Assembly: GCA_963727445.1 (NCBI GenBank) | Contig: CAVSGI010000018.1 | Span: forward strand, 18,086 to 82,085 | Length of the DNA stretch: 64,000 bases | Reading direction: 5' to 3' | Source of the DNA: an uncultured delta proteobacterium | GTDB lineage: Bacteria > Myxococcota_A > Polyangia > Polyangiales > B10-G4 | Shown: positions 1 to 9,492 of the stretch, piece after piece | Position numbering within the stretch: the first letter of the stretch is position 1 | Layout: each line of letters begins with the position of its first letter | The notes under the pieces: model-generated | Seen by the model: only the letters and a program-made list of their open reading frames with translations | What the model was told of the DNA's origin: nothing | Databases searched by the model: none | Program-made: the position numbers and the translations under genes

Positions 1-17
1 ACGGCATCACATGGATC

Positions 18-1712
18 ATGTTGGGCCGACATCTCCGTACGCTGGTGACCGTATCCATCACCCTGTCGCTGGTCGGCTGTGACGGCCTCATCGGGGACCC
101 CGGCGCTGCGCCCGGATCCGGCCCGGGTGGCGGCAGCGGCCCCGGCAGCCTCGACGACCCGGGCGCGCTCTGCAACGCGGGCATCCCGGCGGTGGCGCCG
201 CGGGGGCTGAGGCGCCTGACCCCAGAGCAGTACACCAACACCGTGCGGGATCTCCTCGGGGACCCCGGCTTCGCTCCGGACGTCGACGACACCGAGGAGA
301 TCATCACCGAGCGCGGCGTGCGCCAGTTCCGTACCGCCGCCGAGCTCGCGATCACCCGCCAGGCGCAGTGGACGCGCGCCGTCTTCCCCTGTGACACGAG
401 CGGCGCCACCGATGACGCCTGCGCCTCCGAGATGATCGATCAGCTCGGCGCCCGCGCCTTCCGCCGTCCCATCACCGAAGAGGAGCGCGCCTGGCTCGAG
501 GGCGTCTACAGCGACGCCGAGGCCGCCTTGTCCTTCTCGGAGGCCATGGAGGTGGTGGTGGAGGTGATCCTCGCGTCGCCCCAGATGCTCTACCTCCGCG
601 AAGCCGGCACCACGGGCGATGGGCTGCCCGAAGGGATCCAGCAGCTCGACGACTACGAGCTCGCGAGCCGTCTGAGCTACTTCCTGTGGAACACCATGCC
701 GGACGACGACCTCTTCGCCGCGGCCGCGGCCGGCGAGCTCTCCACCGGGGAAGGCCTCAGCACCCAGACCCAGCGTCTGCTCGAAGATCCGCGGGCCGAA
801 GCGTCGATCCAGGGCTTCTTCTGGGACTGGATGCAGCTCGACGGCGGCCGACTCCATCACGCTCTCGAGGACGCCGACAAAGACGGCACCCTCTACCCCG
901 AATACGGTCCCGAGCTTCGCGCGGCGATGCGCACCGAGCTCGAGGCCTTCATCCGCAAGATCGTCGTCGAAGAAGGGGGCAGCATGGAAGCGCTCTTCAA
1001 CAACAACCGCGCCTACGTGAACGGGCCCCTCGCCGAGCTCTACGGCGTCGAAGGCGGACCGACCGACGCCGACACCTGGCAGTGGGTGGAGCTGCCCGCG
1101 AGTCAGCGCGGCGGCCTGCTCACCCGCGCCGCGTTCCTGACGGTCTTCTCTGCCGCCAACGTGCAGTCGCCGATCCGGCGCGGCGTCTTCGTGGTCGAAG
1201 AGGTGCTGTGCAACGAGCTCGGCATGCCGCCCCCCAACGCGAGCGACGTGCCCGTCGAGGGCGGCACCGTGGACGGCGAGGTGCGCTCCGTGCGCCAGGA
1301 CGTCGAGGCCCGCACTTCGGGCGATGGATGCACCGCCTGCCACTCGGTGATCAACCCCATCGGCTTCACCTTCGAGGCCTACGACGCCATCGGTCGCTTC
1401 CAAACGGAGGAGGTGACCACCGGCATGCCCATCGACTCCACCGGTCAGATCCAGGGCAGCGACGTCGACGGTCCGGTGAACGACGCCGTCGAGCTGAGCC
1501 GCGCGCTGGGCAACAGCGCCCGCGTTCGCGACTGTCTCGCGAACCGCTGGATGACCAAGGCGATCGGGCAGGAGCCCGGCACCCTCGACCAGTGCGCTCT
1601 CGACGCGGCGCGCGCACGCTTCGCCGAGACCGGTACCCTGCGCGACCTGATCGTCGCCATCGTCCAGAGCGACTCCTTCCGCTACGTGAACACCGCGGCC
1701 GTGGCCGAGTGA
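18..1712 (+). CDS. DUF1592/DUF1588-type (PSD-domain) lipoprotein with CxxCH motif
   Basis: Lipobox LVGC; motifs LRRLTPEQYTNTVRDL, YELASRLSYFLW, RGGLLT, SPIRRG and CTACH..INPIGF are typical of this myxobacterial/planctomycete family. Confidence 0.85.
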   Translation: MLGRHLRTLVTVSITLSLVGCDGLIGDPGAAPGSGPGGGSGPGSLDDPGALCNAGIPAVAPRGLRRLTPEQYTNTVRDLLGDPGFAPDVDDTEEIITERGVRQFRTAAELAITRQAQWTRAVFPCDTSGATDDACASEMIDQLGARAFRRPITEEERAWLEGVYSDAEAALSFSEAMEVVVEVILASPQMLYLREAGTTGDGLPEGIQQLDDYELASRLSYFLWNTMPDDDLFAAAAAGELSTGEGLSTQTQRLLEDPRAEASIQGFFWDWMQLDGGRLHHALEDADKDGTLYPEYGPELRAAMRTELEAFIRKIVVEEGGSMEALFNNNRAYVNGPLAELYGVEGGPTDADTWQWVELPASQRGGLLTRAAFLTVFSAANVQSPIRRGVFVVEEVLCNELGMPPPNASDVPVEGGTVDGEVRSVRQDVEARTSGDGCTACHSVINPIGFTFEAYDAIGRFQTEEVTTGMPIDSTGQIQGSDVDGPVNDAVELSRALGNSARVRDCLANRWMTKAIGQEPGTLDQCALDAARARFAETGTLRDLIVAIVQSDSFRYVNTAAVAE

Positions 1713-1739
1713 GGTCCATGGGCGCTACACTCCGTGAGC

Positions 1740-3422
1740 ATGGCTCGGCTCCTCGTCCTGGCTTGCGCGATGCTCGCCACCGGCGGGTGTCGCACCCATC
1801 CCGCGACTCAGGTCGTGGTGATCTTCCATGCGCAGGCGACGCTGAGGGCCACGGCCGAGTCGATCCACGTGCGGGTCAGCACCGGAAGCGGATCGGTGGT
1901 CTTCGACCAGACCAACCCCGTGATGGCCGGCGGTGCGGGCACCCTCGCCCGCGTTCCGCTGGTCCCCGAAGGCGGCGACGCGAGCCGCACCTTCGAGGTC
2001 TTCGCCGAGCTCATCGGCCCGATGGACGTCCTCGCCGAGGCACGCGCGGTGGGGGGATACGAACGAAACACGCTCCGCGAAATCCACGTCTGGTTCGACG
2101 ACGGATGCGCGGGGGTCAGCTGCGGCGACGGGCGCACCTGCGATCGGGGAGTGTGCCTCGGAGCCTGCTTCGACGGCGCCGAGCCGGGCGCGGAGGAGCG
2201 CAGCAGCCCCACCTGCAGCGAGTGTGAGGACTGCCTCGGCGGAAGCTGCGCGCCACGCCCCGACGGAAGTGAATGCGGCTGCCCGGGCAGTGATCAATGC
2301 GTCAGCGGTGCCTGCACCACCGACCATCCCATCGCGTACGTCAGCGGCGGCCACGTTCACACGTGCGCGGCCGAGCGTGGGGACAGCCTCTACTGCTGGG
2401 GCTCGAACCGCGTCGGTCAGCTGGGCACGGGCGGCAGCGCGACCAACGTTCCCGAGCTGGTGTCCCTCGGCTCCCTGGCCAGTGGCTCCGCGGCCACCGA
2501 CCACACCTGCTGGCTGCAGTTCACCGGTGATCGTCATTGCTGGGGCTGGCGAGGCAACGGTCAGCTCGGTGACGGAAGTGACGCCAGCGAGCGCGTCGAC
2601 ACGCCCGAGGCCCCGTCGACCGCAGAGCCGGAGTGGGAGAAGATCGACTCCGGCTGGTACACGAGCTGCGGCCTGACCACCGATGGCGAGATCTGGTGCT
2701 GGGGCACGAACATGGCGGGCGAGTGCGGCGTGGACCCCATGATGGAGGACCACCTCGTTTCACCGCATCTCGTCAGCGACACCATGCACTTCATCGACGT
2801 GAGCGTCGGCGGTTTCCACTCGTGCGGGATCGCGGACGATGGTGCGCTCTACTGCTGGGGGCTCAACGGGTCGGGAGAGCTCGGCGTCGGGGACTTCGAC
2901 GACCGCTTCGAGCCCACCCGCGCGGGCTGCACCGCCGAAGGATGCTTTTCCGACTGGACGGCGGTGGGCGCCGGCGACTTCCACACCTGCGGCATTCGTG
3001 ACGGTGGCCGGCTCTTCTGCTGGGGCGGCGGGCTCAACGGTCAGCTAGGAATCGGGGTCGTACCGGAGACCAATCTCAACTACGCGTCCCCGGTCGAAGG
3101 GAGCTGGATCGCGGTGGCGGGAGGGGCGTCGCACACCTGTGCCATCGCCGAGGACGAGACCCTGTGGTGCTGGGGCAAGAACGAGAATGGCCAGCTCGGT
3201 CTGGGTGACGTTGCGCGTCGTGAAGCGCCCGAGCGGGTGACCATTCCGGGAGGAGACGGCTTCCTCCGGCTCGGCGTCGGACGCGAGCACACCTGCGTGG
3301 TACGTCGCGACGAGACGCTTTGGTGTTGGGGCTGGAACGAAGACGGCCAGCTCGGCCTCGGCTTCACCACCGCGGCCGGGGAGGTTCCCGTCGCCGGGCC
3401 CAGGCGCGTCTGCTTTCCCTGA
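1740..3422 (+). CDS. RCC1-repeat beta-propeller lipoprotein with Cys-rich linker
   Basis: Lipobox TGGC; about 7 repeats of G..HTC...LxCWGxNxxGQLG; alternative GTG start at 1734. Confidence 0.85.
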   Translation: MARLLVLACAMLATGGCRTHPATQVVVIFHAQATLRATAESIHVRVSTGSGSVVFDQTNPVMAGGAGTLARVPLVPEGGDASRTFEVFAELIGPMDVLAEARAVGGYERNTLREIHVWFDDGCAGVSCGDGRTCDRGVCLGACFDGAEPGAEERSSPTCSECEDCLGGSCAPRPDGSECGCPGSDQCVSGACTTDHPIAYVSGGHVHTCAAERGDSLYCWGSNRVGQLGTGGSATNVPELVSLGSLASGSAATDHTCWLQFTGDRHCWGWRGNGQLGDGSDASERVDTPEAPSTAEPEWEKIDSGWYTSCGLTTDGEIWCWGTNMAGECGVDPMMEDHLVSPHLVSDTMHFIDVSVGGFHSCGIADDGALYCWGLNGSGELGVGDFDDRFEPTRAGCTAEGCFSDWTAVGAGDFHTCGIRDGGRLFCWGGGLNGQLGIGVVPETNLNYASPVEGSWIAVAGGASHTCAIAEDETLWCWGKNENGQLGLGDVARREAPERVTIPGGDGFLRLGVGREHTCVVRRDETLWCWGWNEDGQLGLGFTTAAGEVPVAGPRRVCFP

Positions 3423-3430
3423 TACGAGCG

Positions 3431-4807
3431 TCAGTCGTGAATCGTGGGCTCGGAGAAGGTCGTGTCCTCGACGGCGTAGCGCACCTTGCGCCCCTCCTTC
3501 GTCGCCAGGCACGCGCCGTCTGCGCTCAGGTCCGCGAGCGCCTGCTGGGCCACGCGAAGAGAGACACCGACCGCCTTGGCGACGTCCTGCGCGGTGGCGC
3601 CGCCCTGGCTGGCGATGGCACGCAGTAGCCGGTCTTGCATCGGCTTCGCGCAGCGCGGATCCGGCACCAGCACCGGCGTCTCGAGGGCGAGCACCACGCG
3701 CCCCGCGCCGTGATCGATGGTGCCGGCTTCGCCCAGATACTCGCGCGCGCGGTGCACGCAGACGCCGAAGACGCCGCGGTGCATCTCCGCCTGGTAGTCG
3801 AACTCGTAGACCTCGCCGAACGCCTCCTCCTCGCTCATCCCCTTCGGGCCTGCGAGCGCCAGCGCAGAGATCAGCGTCTCGTTGCGGCCCTGCTTTCGCC
3901 GTCCCTGGGGGAGCACCGTCATCCCGCGGCGATCGACGAGTCCCCATCCCACGCGACAGACGCGACGCCCCGCGCCCCCGGGATGGGCAGCCACGTAGGC
4001 GATGGCGGTCTCGCCGGCGGGTGCGCTGCCGGCGCGGGTCAACAGGCCGTGAAGCGTCGGCGGCGAGTCGTGGGTCTCGCCCGCGCACCAGGCGCGCACC
4101 TCGTCCGAGGTCGGCGTGCGGGTGAGGTCGCACGCCTCGAGGATCGCGCTGACCTCCCGTGCCAGCGACGGCCAGGGGACGATCGCCGTCAGCTCGGCCG
4201 CCGCCGATCCGAAGGCGGCCACGTCGGCGGCTTCGCCCGCCGCGAGCGTGCGGGCGAGCGCGTGGGACGCCACTCCCAGAGGACCCGGCTGGCTCGCGCG
4301 GAGCGGCTCGGTGGCTTCGCCGAAGGCGCCAGAGAGCAGGAGCTCCCACGCGAGCCACGCTTGATAGCGCGCCGGCGCGACGCGGGCGATCGACGTGAGG
4401 ATCCGCGTCGCGAGATGCGGATGACCCGTGAGGCGTCGAACGCGCGCCAGCACCAGATGGGCGCTGTACTCCTGCTCGGGGATCGCCTCGGTTCGGGCCA
4501 TGCGGGAGGCGCGGCGCGAAAGGACGCGGGCCTCCTCGAGGTCTCCCTCTGCCGCCTTGGCGAGGGCCCGCAGAGCCGCGGCCTCGATCACCATCACGGG
4601 GTCGCGCGCGGCGCCGGCGTCTCTCTCCAGCGCTTCTGCCGCGAGGGCCGCTCCGGCCGAATCCCCCCGCAGCCAAAGGCCGAATGCCCGGGCCCAGGCC
4701 TGGATCGGCCCCGCCGCCGATGCCGCCGTGCGCGCGAGCCCATCGGCATCGAAAGTGAAGGCCGCTCGGTTGGCGAGGGCGAATGCGGCGGGATCGACCT
4801 GGGCCAC
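3431..4807 (-). CDS. Putative DNA-binding regulator (helical N-terminus, C-terminal winged-HTH-like regions)
   Basis: C-terminal part of ORF 3431..6325; ATAQDVAKAVGVSLRVAQQALADL...EGRKVRY resembles a wHTH; GTG start inferred at 4807. Confidence 0.55.
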   Translation of the reverse strand: MAQVDPAAFALANRAAFTFDADGLARTAASAAGPIQAWARAFGLWLRGDSAGAALAAEALERDAGAARDPVMVIEAAALRALAKAAEGDLEEARVLSRRASRMARTEAIPEQEYSAHLVLARVRRLTGHPHLATRILTSIARVAPARYQAWLAWELLLSGAFGEATEPLRASQPGPLGVASHALARTLAAGEAADVAAFGSAAAELTAIVPWPSLAREVSAILEACDLTRTPTSDEVRAWCAGETHDSPPTLHGLLTRAGSAPAGETAIAYVAAHPGGAGRRVCRVGWGLVDRRGMTVLPQGRRKQGRNETLISALALAGPKGMSEEEAFGEVYEFDYQAEMHRGVFGVCVHRAREYLGEAGTIDHGAGRVVLALETPVLVPDPRCAKPMQDRLLRAIASQGGATAQDVAKAVGVSLRVAQQALADLSADGACLATKEGRKVRYAVEDTTFSEPTIHD

Positions 4808-4815
4808 GCGGCGAG

Positions 4816-4825
4816 ATTGTATAGT
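4816..4825. promoter_or_regulatory. Overlapping divergent -10 hexamers (TATAGT on +, TACAAT on -)
   Basis: The only AT-rich patch in a 24-bp intergenic gap; 6 nt and 8 nt from the two inferred GTG starts; no Shine-Dalgarno. Confidence 0.5.
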
Positions 4826-4831
4826 ACGCCG

Positions 4832-6262
4832 GTGACCACTGGGACGCGCGAGATCGCTACGGGCTATCGGACGATCTGCGATCTGGCGAGCGGGGGGATG
4901 GGGCTGGTGGAGCTCGCCATCCGCGAGGAGGGGCGCTTTCGTCGTCTCTATGCGGTCAAGCGCCTTCGCGACTCCTACCGGGACGACCCGGACTTTCGCG
5001 AGATGTTCCTGGAGGAGGCGCGGATCGCAGGCCTGATCCGCCATCCGAACGTGGTCAGCGTGCTCGACGTCGGCGAGGACGAGCGCGGGCCGTTTCTGGT
5101 GATGGACTACGTGGAGGGGACGAGCGCAGCACAGATCATCGAGCGCGCCTCGGTCGCGGGCCGGGAGGTCCCGATGCAAGTCGCCCTCCGCATCGTCATG
5201 GACACGGCGAACGGGCTGCACGCGGCCCACGAGCTCTGTGACGCACGGGGGCGTGCCATGAGCCTGGTGCATCGAGACGTCTCGCCGCAGAACCTCCTGG
5301 TCGGCTACGACGGCGCCACCCGCGTCACGGATTTCGGGATCGCCAAGGCTTGGGGACGCACGACGCGAACGGCGACCGGCGTGCTCAAGGGCAAGTTCGG
5401 CTACCTCTCGCCCGAGCAGCTCCGCTTCGACGAGCCGGACCGGCGGTCGGACATCTTCTCTCTCGGCGTCGTCCTCTACGAGCTCTTGAGCGGCGCGCGT
5501 CTCTACAAGAACAAGGCCGGCATGGACGGTGCGCGACGCATTCTCAAGGAGCCGCCGCCCGACCTGGGCGAGGTGCGCGACGACGTTCCGGCCGAGCTGA
5601 TCGAGCTGTCCTTCTCGATGCTGGCCAAGGATCCCAGCCATCGCCCCGACGACGCCCTGTCCGTGGCCCGCAAGCTCGAGGCGATTCTCGCCGAGCTCGC
5701 CGCGCTCGAGGGCCGCGTCGAGGTGGCCGACTTCGTGAGCGAGGCCTTCGCCGAGGAGCGTCAAAACCAGGCCGACCGCGTCACCGGCGCCATCGCGTCG
5801 GCGACGGGCAAGCTCGCGCTCCCCGCCACCAATCCGGCGCGGCCCTCGGCGCGCCTTCGGGTGGTGGCGGAAGCGAGCCCGCCGGCCGAGCGGAGCAGCC
5901 GCCTGTTGCCCATGATCGCTGTCGCGGGGGTGATCGGGGTGGGCGCGGCGGTGGGCGTGATCCTCGCCACCCGCGCGGGATCCGGCGGGGCTGCTGCGCC
6001 GGAGGAGCCGCCGGCGTCCGTCGCGAGCGAGCCGCCGAGCGACACCCCGGCGCAGGATCCAGAGGCGGCGGGCGACGAGCCCGAAGTCGCGGTGATGACA
6101 CCCGAGTACGCCGCGGACGAGGAAGAGACGGCGGCGGCCGAGGAAGAGACCGCCGACAGGGCGCCTTCGCCCATGCGTCGCGGCGCGCGCATGCGCCGGT
6201 CGATGCGACCGGCCGAGACCACCTCGTCGATGGGCGGCGTACCGATGTGGGATTGGCAGTGA
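4832..6262 (+). CDS. Serine/threonine protein kinase (Hanks type) with TM segment
   Basis: ASGGMG, AVK, HRDVSPQN, DFG, GYLSPE and DIFSLG motifs; hydrophobic helix after the kinase domain. Confidence 0.93.
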   Translation: MTTGTREIATGYRTICDLASGGMGLVELAIREEGRFRRLYAVKRLRDSYRDDPDFREMFLEEARIAGLIRHPNVVSVLDVGEDERGPFLVMDYVEGTSAAQIIERASVAGREVPMQVALRIVMDTANGLHAAHELCDARGRAMSLVHRDVSPQNLLVGYDGATRVTDFGIAKAWGRTTRTATGVLKGKFGYLSPEQLRFDEPDRRSDIFSLGVVLYELLSGARLYKNKAGMDGARRILKEPPPDLGEVRDDVPAELIELSFSMLAKDPSHRPDDALSVARKLEAILAELAALEGRVEVADFVSEAFAEERQNQADRVTGAIASATGKLALPATNPARPSARLRVVAEASPPAERSSRLLPMIAVAGVIGVGAAVGVILATRAGSGGAAAPEEPPASVASEPPSDTPAQDPEAAGDEPEVAVMTPEYAADEEETAAAEEETADRAPSPMRRGARMRRSMRPAETTSSMGGVPMWDWQ

Positions 6263-7191
6263 AGCGGCTGTCGTGGGCGCTGATGGCCGTGACCTTGGTC
6301 CTCTCGGCGGGGGTCGCCCGCGCACAGAGCCGCGAGGACCGCGAGGCGCGGCGTCTCTTCGAGGAGGCCAACACCGCGCTCGAGAGCGGGCGCTTCGCGG
6401 TGGCGCGCAATCTCTTGCGCCGCTCGCTGAGCCTCGGTCCCAACGCGGCCTCCGCCTTCAACCTGGGCGTGGCCTTGCGCGGCACGGGGGAGACGCTGGC
6501 GGCGGTGGCCGTCTTCGAGGGGCTCCTCGAAGGCGAGCGCGGCGAGATCTCGGCGGGGCAACGACGCGAGGTGCAGCGTCTGCTCCGCGAGACGCGCGCC
6601 GAGATCGCCGTCCTGCACGTTCACGTGGAGGGTGCCGAGACGATCGAGGTGCGCGTCGATGGGGAACGCGTCGCCGAGGCTTCGGACGGAGAGACGATCG
6701 AGCATCAGGTCGACCCGGGTGAGCACGTCGTCACCGCCACGGCGCCCCGGCGACAGACCGAGGAGCGACGGATCGAGCTCGACCGCGGCAGCTCACGCCG
6801 GTTGAGCCTCGCGCTCGAGATGAGCGCCGACGCGCGCCTGGGCACGCTGGTGGTCGAAGCGGTGGATCCCGACGACGTGCTCGAGATCGTCGGGGTCGCG
6901 CGTGGCAGCGGGACGCTTTCCCGCGATCTCGAGCCCGGCGCTTACGAGGTGGTGGTCTCGGGGCCCGCGGGGCGACGGGAATCGACCGTCGATCTCGACG
7001 CGGGGACCACGCTGCGTGTGCGCCTCGAGGCGGACTCGGGGAGCGTGCTCGGGAGCCCCTGGCTCTGGACCGGGGTCGGCCTGGTGGTCGTGGGCCTGGT
7101 GGTGGGAGGCCTGTTCCTCTTCGTCGAGGGCGAGGACGCGCCGGTCAACGACCCGGTCTACGGCGTGATCACCACGCTCTCGGGACCCTGA
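6259..7191 (+). CDS. TPR + PEGA-like domain membrane protein
   Basis: Signal peptide ending ARA, TPR-like helices, PEGA-like beta segments (VDPGEHVVTATAP), C-terminal SPWLW+TM; GTGA overlap with the kinase stop. Confidence 0.75.
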   Translation: MKRLSWALMAVTLVLSAGVARAQSREDREARRLFEEANTALESGRFAVARNLLRRSLSLGPNAASAFNLGVALRGTGETLAAVAVFEGLLEGERGEISAGQRREVQRLLRETRAEIAVLHVHVEGAETIEVRVDGERVAEASDGETIEHQVDPGEHVVTATAPRRQTEERRIELDRGSSRRLSLALEMSADARLGTLVVEAVDPDDVLEIVGVARGSGTLSRDLEPGAYEVVVSGPAGRRESTVDLDAGTTLRVRLEADSGSVLGSPWLWTGVGLVVVGLVVGGLFLFVEGEDAPVNDPVYGVITTLSGP

Positions 7192-7290
7192 TCTGTCGCT
7201 TTCGCACCGCGTCTGTGGTCTCGAGACGACAGGTGCGGTCGCGCTTCTTCGGGCGCCTTCGAGGGCACGCTCCTTGCGGTGCACGGAGCC

Positions 7291-9492
7291 ATGCCTTCCC
7301 ACCTCTCTTCGCTCGCGCTCATCGTCTGCTCGTTTTCGCTGATGCCCGCCTGCGGTGGCGGGGGCGCCGTTGTCGAGGAGGCGCCGTCGCGCGTCGTTCT
7401 GTACCGCAACGGCGTCGGCTATTTCGAACGCGACGCGGAGGTGCACGACGGACGGCTCGACCTGGCGGTTCGCAATCACGAGCTGGACGACGTGCTGAGC
7501 ACACTGGCGGTGGTGGGACGCGGGGAGGGCGCCGAGGTGGTGCCGGTGGCGGCGCTCCCGGCGCCGGCCGAAGAAGACGAAGCGCCCGATTGGGTGCATC
7601 ACCTTCGCTTCGCCGTGGGCCAGGGCGCGCGCAGGGTCCGTGTGGCCTGGGCGACCCAGACGCCGGCCTGGCGCGTCAGCTACCGCCTGGTGCTCGGCGA
7701 CGCGACGGGCGCCCCTGGACACCTGAGCGGTTGGGCCGTGGTCGACAACACCACCGCCGAGGACTGGCGCGGCATCCAGCTCACCCTGGCGACCGCGGAA
7801 CCATCGAGCTTCGCGGTGGACCTGCGCACGCCGCGTTACGTCGCGCGCCCAGACGTCACAGGCTATATCGCGCCGCGGATCGCGGCAGGGCCGGTCTTCG
7901 CAGAGCGCGTCGCGCGAGACGACAACGTGGATCGCGACGGGGACGGGATCCTCGACGTGGACGACGTGTGTCCAGACGACGCGGAGCAGTACAACGGTAT
8001 GCAGGACGAGGACGGCTGTCCGGATCGGGGCGCGGTGATGATCGAGTCGGCGGCGCTCCAGATCCTCGAAGCCGTCTACTTCGACGATGGATCGACCGAG
8101 GTGGGGTCCGCGTCGCGGGCCATCCTGGAAGCGGTGGCGGCGACGCTTCAGGGCAATCCCGAGATCCACGCCGAGATCCACGGCCACGCCGACGCGCGCG
8201 AAACCGAGGGCTACCGCCTCGCCGCGGAGCGCGCCGGCGCGGTGCGCCAGGCGCTGGCGGAGATGGGCGTCGACCCGACGCGCCTCACGGTGCGCAGCTT
8301 CGGAGCGACCCAGCCCCTCGATCCCCGAAACACGCGCGAGGCCCACGCCCACAACCGCCGCGTCACGTTCTCGGTCGAGCGGCCCGCCGAACGCACGCCT
8401 GCCGGCACGGGCATCGACGCGGCGGCGATGGCGCGCGCCGTCCGCGGGCAGTCGGTCGCCCGAACCGGTATCGGCGGCACGCGCTACACCATCCAGCGCC
8501 CCATCGACGTGCCCGCCGGGCGTTCGGTCCTGGCGCTTGCCGTGAGTCTCGAGGTGCCCGCCGAGGAGCTCTACCTCTTCCGCCCCACGGGCGAAGTCGA
8601 GGGCAGCGACGTCCATCCCTTCCGCGCGGCGCAGGTTCAAAACGATGCAGACGTGGATCTGGTCCCCGGGCCGGTGGCGCTGTACGGGCACGGGCGTCTC
8701 CTCGGGCAGGGGATGATCGGAGGTCTGCGCGGCGGCGAAGACGTCGTGATCCCCTGGGCACTCGACGACGCTACCGAGATCACCCGCACCACCAGTGACA
8801 CCGCGACGCCCCAGGCGATCCTCTCCGTCTCCGCAGCCCGCGCGGTCCTCCGCAGCCAGGTCGAGCGTCGGGTCGTCTATCGGGTGCGGGTCGGACGGCA
8901 TGCGCCGCGTCGCATGCTGATCCGCCACGCGCTGCACGCCGGCGCGGAGCTCTACGACCCGCCCCCCGGCACCGAGAGCGGCGCTGGCGACGTCTCCATG
9001 GTGCCGCTCCCCATCGCCAGCGGCGAGACGAGCACTCTCACGCTCGTCGAGCGCTGGCACGTCGACCGAACCATCGACCTGCGCACCGACATCGACGCCG
9101 ACCTAGAGCCCTTCCTGGCCGGCACCTCCATGACCGCGGCGGAGCGCGCTCGCTTCGAGGAGATCCGCGCCGACCGCACGGCGCTCCGCCGAAGCGCCGC
9201 CCAGAGCCGCGCGCTTCGCCGCCGGCTCGACGAGCACGGCATTCGCACTGCCGAGCTGCGCGCAGCCCTCGATGCGCTACCCGAGGGCGCGGCCGTCGCC
9301 GCGGTGCGGAGGCGACTCGCGGCTCATCTCTTGTCAGCGGTGAACGACGGCGAAGCAATCAGCGCCGAGCTCGCGTCCATCCGCGCGGCGGAGGTCGAGG
9401 CGCGCGGGCGCCTCCGCGCCGCCAACGCGGCCTTCGTCTGGCCTGCGCCGGTCAGTGGCCCGGTGGCTGCTCACGGCCCGCAGGCCGAGTAG
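7291..9492 (+). CDS. DUF4139-like lipoprotein with inserted TSP3-like repeats and OmpA-like peptidoglycan-binding domain
   Basis: Lipobox MPAC; RVVLYRNGVGYFER and WAVVDNTTAEDW; DRDGDGILDVDDVCPD; GHAD..RAGAVR..NRRV OmpA motif; C-terminal coiled coil. Confidence 0.75.
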   Translation: MPSHLSSLALIVCSFSLMPACGGGGAVVEEAPSRVVLYRNGVGYFERDAEVHDGRLDLAVRNHELDDVLSTLAVVGRGEGAEVVPVAALPAPAEEDEAPDWVHHLRFAVGQGARRVRVAWATQTPAWRVSYRLVLGDATGAPGHLSGWAVVDNTTAEDWRGIQLTLATAEPSSFAVDLRTPRYVARPDVTGYIAPRIAAGPVFAERVARDDNVDRDGDGILDVDDVCPDDAEQYNGMQDEDGCPDRGAVMIESAALQILEAVYFDDGSTEVGSASRAILEAVAATLQGNPEIHAEIHGHADARETEGYRLAAERAGAVRQALAEMGVDPTRLTVRSFGATQPLDPRNTREAHAHNRRVTFSVERPAERTPAGTGIDAAAMARAVRGQSVARTGIGGTRYTIQRPIDVPAGRSVLALAVSLEVPAEELYLFRPTGEVEGSDVHPFRAAQVQNDADVDLVPGPVALYGHGRLLGQGMIGGLRGGEDVVIPWALDDATEITRTTSDTATPQAILSVSAARAVLRSQVERRVVYRVRVGRHAPRRMLIRHALHAGAELYDPPPGTESGAGDVSMVPLPIASGETSTLTLVERWHVDRTIDLRTDIDADLEPFLAGTSMTAAERARFEEIRADRTALRRSAAQSRALRRRLDEHGIRTAELRAALDALPEGAAVAAVRRRLAAHLLSAVNDGEAISAELASIRAAEVEARGRLRAANAAFVWPAPVSGPVAAHGPQAE

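Noticed and set aside
686..2227. Long Arg/Pro-rich alternative-frame and antisense ORFs (this one and many similar across the window)
   Set aside because: Shadow ORFs expected at very high GC; they overlap well-supported genes and show no motifs
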